A DNA stretch of 64,000 bases from positions 68,140 to 132,139 of the forward strand of contig LCFP01000012.1 of assembly GCA_000999095.1 (NCBI GenBank). Reading direction: 5' to 3'. This document shows positions 18,769-29,581 of this stretch, piece after piece; the first letter of the stretch is position 1; every line of letters starts with the position of its first letter. The position numbers and the translations under genes are program-made. Under the pieces are notes generated by a model. The model searched no databases and had not been told where the DNA came from. It saw only the letters and a list, made by a program, of their open reading frames with translations. Source of the stretch: Candidatus Gottesmanbacteria bacterium GW2011_GWA2_43_14 (lineage in GTDB: Bacteria; Patescibacteriota; Microgenomatia; 2-02-FULL-39-11).

Positions 18769-19578
18769 ATGAAAAAAATAATTCAAATAATAAATAGAGA
18801 TACAGAGAAATATTTCTATAAGAATTATTACGGTGTTGTAAATGACAATATAGATTTTAAGACATTTGTAAATGAACAGTTAAATTTTCGTGGCGCGAAA
18901 GACAAAAACCAATTCTTATGGTTTTCAAAATTTATTAAACTTAAAAAGGAAAATACGATACTGGATTTCGGCTGTGATTTTGGGAATTTAGTTATATTAT
19001 TATGGAAAAAGGGCTATAAAGTTGATGGTAATGAAATAAATCAGGACATTTATCAAGTATTAAAACTCAGAGAAAAAATTTCTAAATTTAAAAAAGGATC
19101 ATTCATTTATTCGAATAATGGATCTGTTATAGCAAAAAAGAACTCATACGATATAATTTTATCGTATTTTGTATTAGTGCATGTAAGTGAGATTGAAGCT
19201 TACATCAAAAAATCAATTAGAGTTCTTAAACCCGAAGGAAAATTCATTTTTACAACCAGTAATTATCGAGTTGGATTCGAATATTATTATGCGTGTTGGT
19301 TACCATTATTTTCAAGAAATCTTTCAAAATTCATTTTAGGTATAAAAAAGAAAAATACTTTATTTATTGATGGATTAAATTTTATTACACCTGAAAAAGT
19401 TGAATCTGTGTTAAAAGAAATGAAATTAACTAATTCAATTAACGTAACAAACTTAGGCTCAAAGTTTTTCTTGAGAGAAATCTTTAACAATAAAATACAT
19501 CCATCAGTATTCATTAGGTATGCTAAATTATTTGATAAATTACATCTTATCCCGCTAATGGTAAAACTAAATTTTTAA
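18769..19578 (+). CDS. Class I SAM-dependent methyltransferase (possible premature stop)
   Basis: ILDFGCDFG, YDIILSYFVLVHV, RVLKPEGKF. Confidence 0.8.
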   Translation: MKKIIQIINRDTEKYFYKNYYGVVNDNIDFKTFVNEQLNFRGAKDKNQFLWFSKFIKLKKENTILDFGCDFGNLVILLWKKGYKVDGNEINQDIYQVLKLREKISKFKKGSFIYSNNGSVIAKKNSYDIILSYFVLVHVSEIEAYIKKSIRVLKPEGKFIFTTSNYRVGFEYYYACWLPLFSRNLSKFILGIKKKNTLFIDGLNFITPEKVESVLKEMKLTNSINVTNLGSKFFLREIFNNKIHPSVFIRYAKLFDKLHLIPLMVKLNF

Positions 19579-19633
19579 AATCCGTTAATTTATGTAATTC
19601 AGAAATTATAAAATTATTTAAGCAAAAATCATT

Positions 19634-20206
19634 ATGTCTCAATTGTCTGTAAAAGATTTATTGAAGCTAAAATTTAAAAAACTGGGTAAAAATTTATATA
19701 TTTCTGATAAAACATCGTTTCATAATCCAACAAATATATCCATCGGTGATAATTCTAGAATTGATGATTATTGTGTTCTTTCAGCAGGTCGCGAAGGTAT
19801 AGATATTGGTAGAAATGTACATATAGCAGTTTATTCATCTTTAATTGGCCAAAGTAAAATTCGGATCGGCGATTTTACTAATATATCATCACGGGTATCT
19901 GTATACTCAAGCAATGATGATTATTCGGGAGAAACAATGACAAATCCAACAATCAATGAGAAATATAAGAAAGTAACGCATGGTAAAGTCGATATCGGTA
20001 AACATGTAATTATTGGATCGGGCAGTATCATATTACCAAATGTAATAATAGAGGATGGTGTCGCGGTAGGTGCACTCTCTCTGATAAAATCCAACTGTAA
20101 AAGTTTTAATATTTATGCAGGTATCCCTGCAAAAATTATTAAAAAACGGAGTAAAAAGCTTCTGAATCTGGAAAAGAGATATTTACTTTCTTTCCAGAGA
20201 AAATAA
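19634..20206 (+). CDS. Hexapeptide-repeat acyltransferase, VioB-like
   Basis: ISIGDNSRIDDYCVLSAG, hexapeptide repeats, YAGIPAKIIK. Confidence 0.85.
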   Translation: MSQLSVKDLLKLKFKKLGKNLYISDKTSFHNPTNISIGDNSRIDDYCVLSAGREGIDIGRNVHIAVYSSLIGQSKIRIGDFTNISSRVSVYSSNDDYSGETMTNPTINEKYKKVTHGKVDIGKHVIIGSGSIILPNVIIEDGVAVGALSLIKSNCKSFNIYAGIPAKIIKKRSKKLLNLEKRYLLSFQRK

Positions 20207-20211
20207 ATTTT

Positions 20212-21345
20212 ATGGATCTAAAGCCATTCAAAAAACCGATTTACATTACTCGTCCCATCTTGCCTAATCTACAGGCAATGCAGGATAAGCTCAAACAAAT
20301 ATGGATCACAAAATGGTTATCTAACAACGGTTATCAGCATAGATTGTTTGAACGAGAAATCCAGAAAGTATTAAAGGTCCCTTGCGTTTCTTTATTCAAT
20401 AACGGAACCATTGCGCTGCTTACGGCCGTAAGAGCACTCAATCTTTCCGGAGAAGTAATCACAACTCCCTTTACGTTCCCCGCAACTCCACACGTACTTT
20501 CTTGGAATAATATTCAACCTGTGTTTTGCGATATAGATCCTGTTTCCCTGACAATTGATGCTAATAAAATTGAAAAACAAATTAACAAGAAAACTACAGC
20601 AATCCTTGCAGTGCATGTTTTCGGTAATCCGTGTAACATTTATAAAATCCAAAAAATTGCTTCCCGTTACAACCTTAAAGTAATTTATGATGCTGCACAT
20701 GCTTTTGAAGTTGAATTAAACGGTATTGGAATAGGTAATTTTGGTGATCTCACAATGTTTAGTTTTCACCCGACCAAGCTTTTTCATACCGCCGAAGGAG
20801 CGGCTTTAACGGGTAAAAAGCATGAACTGAAAAAGAAAGTTGATCTCTTAAAAAATTTTGGTATAAAAAATGAGGAAGAAGTGGTAGAGATCGGGATCAA
20901 TGGAAAAATGAATGAAATACAGGCAGCCTTAGGCTTATTAGTATTAAAAATTAAGAATAAGGAGCGCATGAAAAGAAAGTTGTTATGTGCAACCTACAGA
21001 AACTGTTTAATTAATACAGAGGGGATTTCCATTTTGGGAGAAGAATCTAATATTAAAAACAGTTATCAATATTTAGTAATTAGAATTGATCAAAAAAAAT
21101 TTGGCAGATCCAGAAACTTTATATATAGCAAGCTAAAAGAATATAACATATTTACTCGAAAATATTTTTATCCGCTCTGTAGTAATTTTCCTTATTATAA
21201 AAATCACAAATCATCAGGGAGTAAGAATCTACCGGAAGCTACAAAGGCTGTGGAAGAAGTACTTTCAATGCCATTTTATGGTGAGTTAAAAGTGGTTGAT
21301 ATCGAAAAAATCTGTACAATACTTAAAAATCTTAAGACGAAATGA
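20212..21345 (+). CDS. DegT/DnrJ/EryC1/StrS sugar aminotransferase, VioA-like
   Basis: FNNGTIAL, YDAAHAF, SFHPTKLFHTAEG, GINGKMNE, RKYFYP. Confidence 0.9.
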   Translation: MDLKPFKKPIYITRPILPNLQAMQDKLKQIWITKWLSNNGYQHRLFEREIQKVLKVPCVSLFNNGTIALLTAVRALNLSGEVITTPFTFPATPHVLSWNNIQPVFCDIDPVSLTIDANKIEKQINKKTTAILAVHVFGNPCNIYKIQKIASRYNLKVIYDAAHAFEVELNGIGIGNFGDLTMFSFHPTKLFHTAEGAALTGKKHELKKKVDLLKNFGIKNEEEVVEIGINGKMNEIQAALGLLVLKIKNKERMKRKLLCATYRNCLINTEGISILGEESNIKNSYQYLVIRIDQKKFGRSRNFIYSKLKEYNIFTRKYFYPLCSNFPYYKNHKSSGSKNLPEATKAVEEVLSMPFYGELKVVDIEKICTILKNLKTK

Positions 21346-22037
21346 AATCGCAAAAATTATTAAAAATAAATATTGGTTCAGGTCCTATAGGCAGATCAGA
21401 TTGGATAAATTTGGACTGGGGAATTCTGCCACTATTAAGCAAACTTCCTTTGCTAATCCGATTATTAGTCAATTTAAAGTTATTGCCGCGTGGATATAAT
21501 AAACCATGGCCGAGTAATCCCGTACTGCACGATTGCCGTAAAAAGCTTCCTTTTTCTGATTCAACCGTAGATTTCATATATTCATCCCATTTTTTGGAAC
21601 ACCTTTATCGTTTTCAGGCAATAGAATTATTAAAAGACTGTAAAAGAATATTAAAACCAAATGGAATTATAAGAATTGTTGTACCTGATTTAGCTATTTT
21701 GGCAGAAAAATACTTAAAAAATGACAAGGTTTTCTATAATAAATTATTATCTGATAGTGAAAGAAAAAATACGATTTCCAAATATTTAGCCGATGAGTTT
21801 GTGAATAATTTTAATGGATATGAATCCTGGGATAAATCAAATTTAATTCAAAAAATTCAACGATTATTTATCAGGGGACACTTATGGATGTATGACTATG
21901 AATCTCTAAAAAATATTTTAATTACTCTCGGTTTCAGAAAAATAATAAGATGCAAGCCTGGAATCGGAAAAGTACCTAATATAAAATATTTGGATATTCA
22001 TAAGTTTGGTAGTTTACTTATTGAATCTTCAAAATAA
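21342..22037 (+). CDS. SAM-dependent methyltransferase
   Basis: INIGSG, LPFSDSTVDFIYSSHFLEHL, RILKPNGIIRIVVPD. Confidence 0.85.
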   Translation: MKSQKLLKINIGSGPIGRSDWINLDWGILPLLSKLPLLIRLLVNLKLLPRGYNKPWPSNPVLHDCRKKLPFSDSTVDFIYSSHFLEHLYRFQAIELLKDCKRILKPNGIIRIVVPDLAILAEKYLKNDKVFYNKLLSDSERKNTISKYLADEFVNNFNGYESWDKSNLIQKIQRLFIRGHLWMYDYESLKNILITLGFRKIIRCKPGIGKVPNIKYLDIHKFGSLLIESSK

Positions 22038-22056
22038 TTTTCTATAAATTAAATTA

Positions 22057-23223
22057 ATGAATAAGCGAAAAATATTGTTTATAGCTTCAGCATTAGACGG
22101 TTCTACCATAAATCAAGGTATTAGCGGAGGAGAGGTTAGACTTGCTGAAATTATAAAGGCATTTATTAAAAATAATTGGGAAGTTCATTTTCTGGCAAAT
22201 AAAAACAATAATATTTTCTGTGAACACTTTAATCTTAATAATGTCATAAACCATAATTTTAATATTCAATACAATAATACTAGATTCTGGTTTATTAAAT
22301 TCACCTTAAAGGTATTATTTACTTTGCCTGAAAGTCTGAAGGATTTTAAAGGAAATATTTATACCGCAAATGAACAATTATATGATGTAATTCCTGCCGT
22401 TAAATTAAAGTTAAACAACAGTAATATTTGGACAGCAATTGTTCATTGGCTTCCTCCTTATAAATTCTGGCAAAGAAAAAAATCAAATTGGTATAACTCC
22501 TTGATTTTTATGTTAGCAGAAATGATAAGCATACTGCTGATTAAATATCTTGCCGATAAATCTCTGGCTGTATCAAACTCCACTAGAAATCAATTGCTGA
22601 AAATTGGTTTTAGTAAAAATAAAGTTATAGCTGTGGAATGCGGTGTCGATTTTGGTTTAATTACACAAATAAGTAAAAAAAAGTCTAGAAAAGAATTCGA
22701 CGCTGTCTTCATAAAAAGAATCCAGGCTGTAAAAGGAGTATTTGATTTAATTGATATATGGAAATTAGTACTTAAGAAAATTCCAAATGTTAAGTTGGCT
22801 ATAATCGGCGGTAGCATTGATAATTCGTTACTAATAAATGAAATAAGAAAAGAAAAGTTATATAATAATATATCTTTTTTTGGCCCGATCATTGATTTTA
22901 AAAAGAAAATTCAGATTCTTTTATCTTCGAAGCTTTTTATTCTTCCAAGTTATGAAGAAAACTGGGCAATCGTAATTGGTGAAGCAATGGCATGTAAAAT
23001 ACCAGTGCTAGCTTACGGACTCCACGAGCTAATTGACGTCTGGAAAAATAATTTCTTCCCAATAAAAGTAGGAAATAAAGGGGAATTTGCACGTACTATT
23101 ATTCGCTATCTGGGCAATGAAAAACTACGAATAAGCCAAGCAGACATAGGTTATAAATATATTCAGCAGTTTGATTGGAAGAAGATTGCTGAAAGGGAAG
23201 TTAAAATTATCCAAAGCTTATGA
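22057..23223 (+). CDS. GT4 glycosyltransferase
   Basis: GISGGE, RIQAVKG, LPSYEENWAIVIGEAMACKIPV. Confidence 0.85.
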   Translation: MNKRKILFIASALDGSTINQGISGGEVRLAEIIKAFIKNNWEVHFLANKNNNIFCEHFNLNNVINHNFNIQYNNTRFWFIKFTLKVLFTLPESLKDFKGNIYTANEQLYDVIPAVKLKLNNSNIWTAIVHWLPPYKFWQRKKSNWYNSLIFMLAEMISILLIKYLADKSLAVSNSTRNQLLKIGFSKNKVIAVECGVDFGLITQISKKKSRKEFDAVFIKRIQAVKGVFDLIDIWKLVLKKIPNVKLAIIGGSIDNSLLINEIRKEKLYNNISFFGPIIDFKKKIQILLSSKLFILPSYEENWAIVIGEAMACKIPVLAYGLHELIDVWKNNFFPIKVGNKGEFARTIIRYLGNEKLRISQADIGYKYIQQFDWKKIAEREVKIIQSL

Positions 23224-24296
23224 AAATAGCAATAATTTTGGGAACACGGCCGGAGATAATCAAAATGAGCCCTATTATCAAAGAATGTCAACACAGAAAA
23301 CTCGATTTTTTTATTTTACACACGAACCAGCATTATTCAACAAATCTAGATTCAATATTTTTCAAAGAACTCTGCCTTCCCCATCCGCAATATAATTTAC
23401 AGATTGGATCAGGAACCCATGCGGAAGAGACTGGTAAAATGCTTATTGGTATTGAGAAAATACTAAAGAAGGAAAATCCAAATATCATATTAGTCGAAGG
23501 TGACACAAATACAGTATTAGCCGGAGCATTATCAGCTGCTAAGCTTCGGATTAAAGTCGGACACGTAGAGGCCGGACTTAGGTCATATTTTCGGGAAATG
23601 CCGGAAGAAATTAATAGAATATTAACTGACCACTTATCTGATTATTTATTTACACCAACTACCCAAACTAAAGAAATTCTGTTAAGAGAAGGCATTAGCC
23701 AGGAAAGGATATTTTTAACTGGAAATACAATTGTTGATGCCGTATTCCAAAATTTGAAAATTGCTGAAGAAAAATCACAAATATTAAAAAAAATAAAATT
23801 AAAGAAAAACAATTATTTATTATTGACTGTTCACAGACAGGAAAATGTTGATATTAGAAATCGGTTAAACCAAATTATGAGCGGAATAGGTAAAATTTAT
23901 CGTAAATATAATTTACCGATAATCTACCCGATTCACCCTAGATCTTCAAAGATGATTAAACAGTTCAAAATAATTATTCCTGATGGAGTAAAGATAATCA
24001 ATTCGGTTGGGTATCTTGATTTTCTTAATCTAGAAGCTAGCTCAAGGCTTGTGTTAACGGATTCAGGAGGAGTTCAAGAGGAAACATGCGTACTTCAAGT
24101 TCCTTGTGTGACATTACGGGATAATACCGAAAGACCGGAAACCATAGAAGTTGGTAGTAATATTCTGGCAGGAGTGAATCCCCAAAAAATTCTTCAATCG
24201 ACTGAATTTATGTTAAATAAAAAGAAGCATTGGGAAAATCCGTTTGGAAGTGGAAAATCTTCTCTGACTATTTTAAATATAATTACCCATATATGA
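23220..24296 (+). CDS. wecB: UDP-N-acetylglucosamine 2-epimerase (non-hydrolyzing)
   Basis: GTRPEIIKM, GDTNT, HVEAGLRS, MPEEINR, HRQEN, TDSGGVQEE, TERPE. Confidence 0.95.
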   Translation: MKIAIILGTRPEIIKMSPIIKECQHRKLDFFILHTNQHYSTNLDSIFFKELCLPHPQYNLQIGSGTHAEETGKMLIGIEKILKKENPNIILVEGDTNTVLAGALSAAKLRIKVGHVEAGLRSYFREMPEEINRILTDHLSDYLFTPTTQTKEILLREGISQERIFLTGNTIVDAVFQNLKIAEEKSQILKKIKLKKNNYLLLTVHRQENVDIRNRLNQIMSGIGKIYRKYNLPIIYPIHPRSSKMIKQFKIIIPDGVKIINSVGYLDFLNLEASSRLVLTDSGGVQEETCVLQVPCVTLRDNTERPETIEVGSNILAGVNPQKILQSTEFMLNKKKHWENPFGSGKSSLTILNIITHI

Positions 24297-26089
24297 AAAT
24301 CTGTTATGTATTTTCTGGCATTTATCAGGCAAATATTATTGGACAATCAGGAGTAGCGCTTCGATTAATAGAAAATATAAAAAAGTATAATAATGATATT
24401 TACCTCATCTCAAATTACCTTTCAGAATCAGATAACTTTGATTTAAAGGGAAAAAACAATTTATTGCTAAAAGGCCCAAATACATTAAATACTTATCTAA
24501 GAAACACCCTTAAAATTGTTAGTTATCTTAGAAAATTGCATCCAAATATCCTTCACGTCAGGGGATTATTAATTGTTCCATTTATGTGGGTAATAAATAA
24601 ACTATTTCTTGGTTATCCTATTGTCTTCTCTATTTTTGAAACTCCGGAACATTTAAAATCTCACTTTATTTATTTAATCGCATATTGCATAAACCATGGG
24701 GATGGAACATTTGTTTCATCGAATTTCATAAAGAAAAAATTTGTTGAAAAAGGAGCATTACCAGAAAAAATTTTTGTTAGGTATACCGGAATTAAAGATA
24801 AATTTCTAGTGCAGAACAAATTAAATTCAACTGAAGACAATGATGTGTTATTTTTCGGGGATAGTAGCAAAGAAAGAGGTTTTGACATAGTTTGTAAACT
24901 AGCAAAAAAAATGCCCAAAGTAAAGTTTAAAGTACTCCTTAGATGGCAGGCAAAAAATTGCCATATTGAATTGGAAAAGATAAAAAATCTTAAAAATACG
25001 ACTATTTGGTATTATCCATACAAAAAAAACCTAGAAGAGATATTGTCGAATACAAAACTCATCATATTGCCATTTAGATACATGGGAATGAGACCTCCGA
25101 TTAGTCTTTTAGAAGCTATGGCTTTGTCGAAATGTGTGATTACATCCACTATGGGTGGAAATAAAGAATTCATTAACAATAACAAGAATGGTTTTGTAAT
25201 GAACATTTCCAAAATAAGTAACATTGAAAAAAAAATTTTGTTTTTACTTAAGAATCAAAATGTAAGGAAAAAAATAGGTGATGCTGCAAATCGAACGATT
25301 CGTAATTTATACTCAAAGAATGAGTATAAGAAAATTGCTGATTATTATACCTATATAAAAGAAGACTTTTATGAGAGAAGAATGTTTGATAGTATCGGGG
25401 GACATCACATATCCCATAAAGAAATTAATTTAGTTTTACGTTTACTGAATCCGAAAGAAAAGAGTGTGATACTAGAGGTAGGCACAGGTAGCGGTCGTTT
25501 TGCCCGAGCGATAGTGAAGTCTTCATCGGCAAGAGTGGTAGGTGTAGATCCGGACAGAAAGATATTGAGAGAAGGAAAAATACTGAAGCGTATTTTCCTT
25601 TCCAGAGAAGATAAAGATAGGTATACTTGTGTGATAGGAGACGGACATGCGCTTCCTTTTGGAAATAATACATTTGATAAGGTACTCTGTTTTAGAGTAA
25701 TAAAGTATTATAAGGATCCATGGAAAGGGATAGACGAGTTAATAAGAGTTCTTAAGCCTGGTGGAGAAATGGTGTTGGAAATCACCAGTAATCTTAGTTG
25801 GGAATCTATAGTGAATCCACTACTATCTTTTTTCATAAAAAGAAAACAATTTCATCACTTTTGGGAAAAAAAAATGATAAATTTTAATTCTATATCAGTT
25901 AAAAAATACTTTATGGTAAGAAATATGAAAATTACGCACGAAGTATTTCTTCATAAAATGCCACCTGCTTTATATTCAAAATTAAACAATCCAATTATAA
26001 ATAACATACTTGATGCATTTGAAAGTGTATTACAGTATACCCCGAAGCGTCTTTTTTCCAAGAGCATTATTTTAAGATATAAGAAATAA
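24293..26089 (+). CDS. GT4 glycosyltransferase fused to a C-terminal SAM methyltransferase
   Basis: PISLLEAMALSKCVITS.MGG in the N half; ILEVGTGSGRF, LPFGNNTFD, RVLKPGG in the C half. Confidence 0.85.
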   Translation: MKICYVFSGIYQANIIGQSGVALRLIENIKKYNNDIYLISNYLSESDNFDLKGKNNLLLKGPNTLNTYLRNTLKIVSYLRKLHPNILHVRGLLIVPFMWVINKLFLGYPIVFSIFETPEHLKSHFIYLIAYCINHGDGTFVSSNFIKKKFVEKGALPEKIFVRYTGIKDKFLVQNKLNSTEDNDVLFFGDSSKERGFDIVCKLAKKMPKVKFKVLLRWQAKNCHIELEKIKNLKNTTIWYYPYKKNLEEILSNTKLIILPFRYMGMRPPISLLEAMALSKCVITSTMGGNKEFINNNKNGFVMNISKISNIEKKILFLLKNQNVRKKIGDAANRTIRNLYSKNEYKKIADYYTYIKEDFYERRMFDSIGGHHISHKEINLVLRLLNPKEKSVILEVGTGSGRFARAIVKSSSARVVGVDPDRKILREGKILKRIFLSREDKDRYTCVIGDGHALPFGNNTFDKVLCFRVIKYYKDPWKGIDELIRVLKPGGEMVLEITSNLSWESIVNPLLSFFIKRKQFHHFWEKKMINFNSISVKKYFMVRNMKITHEVFLHKMPPALYSKLNNPIINNILDAFESVLQYTPKRLFSKSIILRYKK

Positions 26090-26718
26090 TGACAAATAAT
26101 TCGTGGTTAGACTGGAATCATCTACTAAATACCTATTCCAATGTTGTTACAAAAGAGAATCTAGTTATAGAAATTGGTAGCTCTACAGTTTCAAGGACAA
26201 TTGATATAGCAAAACGTTGTAAAAAATTGATAGGGGTGGAAAAGTATAAAAATCGAATTCCTGCAGACAATAAATTTTCAAGATATAAAATTAAAATTAT
26301 TAAGGGAGATTGGCAAAATTTAGGAGAAGTAATTACCCCAAATTCAATAGACATTATTATTGCTTCCCATGTAATAGAGCATGTTAAAGACGATATTAAG
26401 TGTTTGAATGAGAGTTATAAAGTGCTTAAAGAGGGAGGATACTTGATATTTAATACTCCAAATAGGAAAAGATTAGCAAGAACTATTATTGAATTTTTTA
26501 TTGGAGAAAGAAAGTTTCCTTTTTGGGAACATATTAGGGAATATGTCAAGTCAGATCTAGAAAAATTAATTGAAAAGTCAAATTTTTCTGACAAGGAAGC
26601 AGTAATTTCTTCTGTTGGATTTGGACTCCGCCTATTTGGTTTTGGATACTATACAACTCGGTCCCCAGTAATTCTTGACTCATTATCTACTTTTTGGGAA
26701 GTTGTACTAAGAAAATAA
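26089..26718 (+). CDS. SAM-dependent methyltransferase
   Basis: VIEIGS, DIIIASHVIEHV, VLKEGGYLIFNTPN, EHIREY. Confidence 0.85.
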   Translation: MTNNSWLDWNHLLNTYSNVVTKENLVIEIGSSTVSRTIDIAKRCKKLIGVEKYKNRIPADNKFSRYKIKIIKGDWQNLGEVITPNSIDIIIASHVIEHVKDDIKCLNESYKVLKEGGYLIFNTPNRKRLARTIIEFFIGERKFPFWEHIREYVKSDLEKLIEKSNFSDKEAVISSVGFGLRLFGFGYYTTRSPVILDSLSTFWEVVLRK

Positions 26719-29481
26719 ATGTCAGTTTTTAAGAAGTATTATCCTTTTCTCTTTTTGACTCTTCTATCTTTTTGGTTTGTTATTTATCAAAAAAATGGCC
26801 TTCTTTCATTAGGTGATTTTGTATTTCCTCCAATACCTGAACTGTGGTTATATTTTAGATTGTTTGCTTGGAAAGATTTCGCATTTTTAGGGAATGCATC
26901 CTACATTGATTATGTAAATCTCATTCACTATTTCCCAATTTTTGCGCTTTTTAAAATCGGAATTCCAATTACTGTAATACAATCCATTTTCATTTCGGCA
27001 CTTTTTATTATTGGTTCTTTTGCTATGTACCATTTGCTTCATGAAGTATTAATAGAGTCAATCCACAAGAAAATTATTTGTATGATATGTGCAATTTTGT
27101 ATATGTTTAATCCATATGTAGCGATAGTCAAACTTAGAGGATATAATATGAGTTTATATGCTTATGTATTCGCTCCTTTAATAATCTATTTCTTTACAAA
27201 ATATATTAAAGGAAGACATTTTTTTAAAAACAAATATCTATACTTAATCGGATTTTCATATTTATTATCAAGTCCTGCGAGTACTCAACCTGCGTATATA
27301 ACTTGGTCAATTTTCCTAATTTTCTATTTCAGTCTTTTACTGTTTTTGTTTCATAACTTTAATAAAACTATTCTTCTAAAATTTTTAATTGTAATCACTC
27401 TTTTTTTTCTCATAAATACATTTTGGATTATGTCTTTGGTGTTAAATTTAGGTGCGATCAATAGAATTATAGACGTAGTTCAAGATGAAACTAGTCTTGA
27501 AGCAATAAATAATGTTAGTGGGAATAATTTAGTTAATACATTCAGGTTATTGGGTATACCTGGAATGGACGCTACATGGAGAGGGATCCCGTATCTTTCA
27601 TATTATCAAATATATTCTTCTCCGATTTTTATCTTCGTAGGAATTTCATTGTTTTTAATAACATTTTTCGGATGGTTATTTTCACCTTGGACTCATTTAA
27701 AAGGTAAAGAAAGATTATGGTGGTTCTATTTTATTTCAATATCTCTACTCTCAATCTTTATTATTGGAGGAGTAAATTTTCTAATTCCAAATTTGAAACT
27801 CTGGTTATTTAAAAATTTTCCTCTTTTTCTACTCTATAGAAAACCGTATGAAAAAGGGGCATTTTTTTTCATTTTTTCACTAGTAGGCCTTTTAGCTATT
27901 TCCTTGAAAATCATATCAAACATGCTTGATTTTCATGTTAAAAAGCGAAATAAGAATATTACTACAATTTTTTTTATTGTTATTCTATTCTTCGTGCTTC
28001 TATACAATTTCCCGTTTTGGTCAAAGCAGATTTTCACGTCCATAAATCATCCAGAATGTACTATTAATAGTCTGAATCATTACCCGAATTATCTTTATTA
28101 TTTTGGAGAACAATTAGAAAAGGATAAAAAAGTTGGTCGATTATTAGGATTACCGATTAATAACAGTCCAATCAGTTCTGGTGTAGAAAATTTTAAATGG
28201 GGTTATGCTGGAATTGATCCAATATTTCTATTTACTAATAAAGGATATATTCTTATGAATCCTTTAATCCCCTTTATAAAAAATTTTTATCAAAATATAA
28301 ATAGCGAATCTGTAAATGAAATAAATTATGTGTCAAATTTATCATCCATAAATAGTCTATTCAATATAAAAAAAAACATATTACGAAACGATATTTGCTG
28401 GCAACTGTATCATTCTCCAGATCCTTCTCATGACAAAAAATATTTAGATGGAATGAACACAAAAAAAACTAGTATCGGAGAACTAGATTTATATGATGTT
28501 TCTGCTGAAAATTTTGTCCCCCATGTTTACACACCTCAACATATAATTTATTCTCAAGACTCTGTAAAAAAACTTACATTTATCATTTCTCAACCAGAGT
28601 TTACTGCTCGCTCTGCAGTATTTTTTGAAAGCCAAAATTCTTTTACTCATTTTAAGAATCAATTAAACCAATTAGGAATAAGTAGTATTTCAACAGATGG
28701 AGCAAAAATTCAGCTGAGTCGTCTTCCTGTAACTGAATTTAAGAAAATTAATCCTGTAAAGTATAGAGTTATTATCCATGGTGCTACCGGTAAATTCCCC
28801 TTTTTACTTAATGAAAGTTTTCATGATGGGTGGAAGACTTATTTTGTAAAACTCAATAATATTTGGTCATCAAATCATAATTCCAAATCGGATCTCAACT
28901 CCCTAATTACAAAATATAAAATACTAGATGGAAATGAAGAAGATCAGGTAAATATTGAAGAATTAAAGGAATTTGTAGATAAAGGTTTGGTAACAATCTT
29001 AGGAAATGGCGAGGAACAATCGATTATTCATTTGAAATATGAAAATGGAATAGAGAAATTGGATTACATTGAAAAATATAAAATTGATTTTGTATCGAAG
29101 AATTTTCAGGATACGATTCAGAATGATAATTTGCCTAACGGTTCGTATTATGAAACTTGGTTTGCCGGAAAGAGTGATGATTCCTGGATCAGCAAAATAA
29201 CTGGTTTTAATAAAAGCATACTTCAAGTTCCTGATGATACTCACTTAATGGTTAATGGATATGCTAATTCTTGGATTATTGATCCTGAAAAAATTTGTAA
29301 AAATAATGGATTCTGTAAAATAAATGATGACGGAAGTTACGACTTAGAAATGGTTATTGAATTTTGGCCGCAAAGGCTATTTTATTTGGGATTAGGAATT
29401 TCCGGAATGACATTGCTATTATGTTTGATATATTTAATTTATGACTTTATATATAAAAAGATGGTAAGATATAGAGTGTGA
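26719..29481 (+). CDS. Large multi-pass membrane protein, GT-C-like, with extracellular domain
   Basis: ~13 TM N-terminus with AILYMFNPY and LYRKPYEK; C-terminal HLMVNGYANSW..EFWPQ + TM. Confidence 0.65.
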   Translation: MSVFKKYYPFLFLTLLSFWFVIYQKNGLLSLGDFVFPPIPELWLYFRLFAWKDFAFLGNASYIDYVNLIHYFPIFALFKIGIPITVIQSIFISALFIIGSFAMYHLLHEVLIESIHKKIICMICAILYMFNPYVAIVKLRGYNMSLYAYVFAPLIIYFFTKYIKGRHFFKNKYLYLIGFSYLLSSPASTQPAYITWSIFLIFYFSLLLFLFHNFNKTILLKFLIVITLFFLINTFWIMSLVLNLGAINRIIDVVQDETSLEAINNVSGNNLVNTFRLLGIPGMDATWRGIPYLSYYQIYSSPIFIFVGISLFLITFFGWLFSPWTHLKGKERLWWFYFISISLLSIFIIGGVNFLIPNLKLWLFKNFPLFLLYRKPYEKGAFFFIFSLVGLLAISLKIISNMLDFHVKKRNKNITTIFFIVILFFVLLYNFPFWSKQIFTSINHPECTINSLNHYPNYLYYFGEQLEKDKKVGRLLGLPINNSPISSGVENFKWGYAGIDPIFLFTNKGYILMNPLIPFIKNFYQNINSESVNEINYVSNLSSINSLFNIKKNILRNDICWQLYHSPDPSHDKKYLDGMNTKKTSIGELDLYDVSAENFVPHVYTPQHIIYSQDSVKKLTFIISQPEFTARSAVFFESQNSFTHFKNQLNQLGISSISTDGAKIQLSRLPVTEFKKINPVKYRVIIHGATGKFPFLLNESFHDGWKTYFVKLNNIWSSNHNSKSDLNSLITKYKILDGNEEDQVNIEELKEFVDKGLVTILGNGEEQSIIHLKYENGIEKLDYIEKYKIDFVSKNFQDTIQNDNLPNGSYYETWFAGKSDDSWISKITGFNKSILQVPDDTHLMVNGYANSWIIDPEKICKNNGFCKINDDGSYDLEMVIEFWPQRLFYLGLGISGMTLLLCLIYLIYDFIYKKMVRYRV

Positions 29482-29581
29482 TATGCAAAGTTCAGGTAAA
29501 CAGTCTTTAGACGAACAGTATCATATTAAAAGGATTGATCCCCAAGCCAAGAGTAGTATAATACCCTCTAATGGAAATTTT

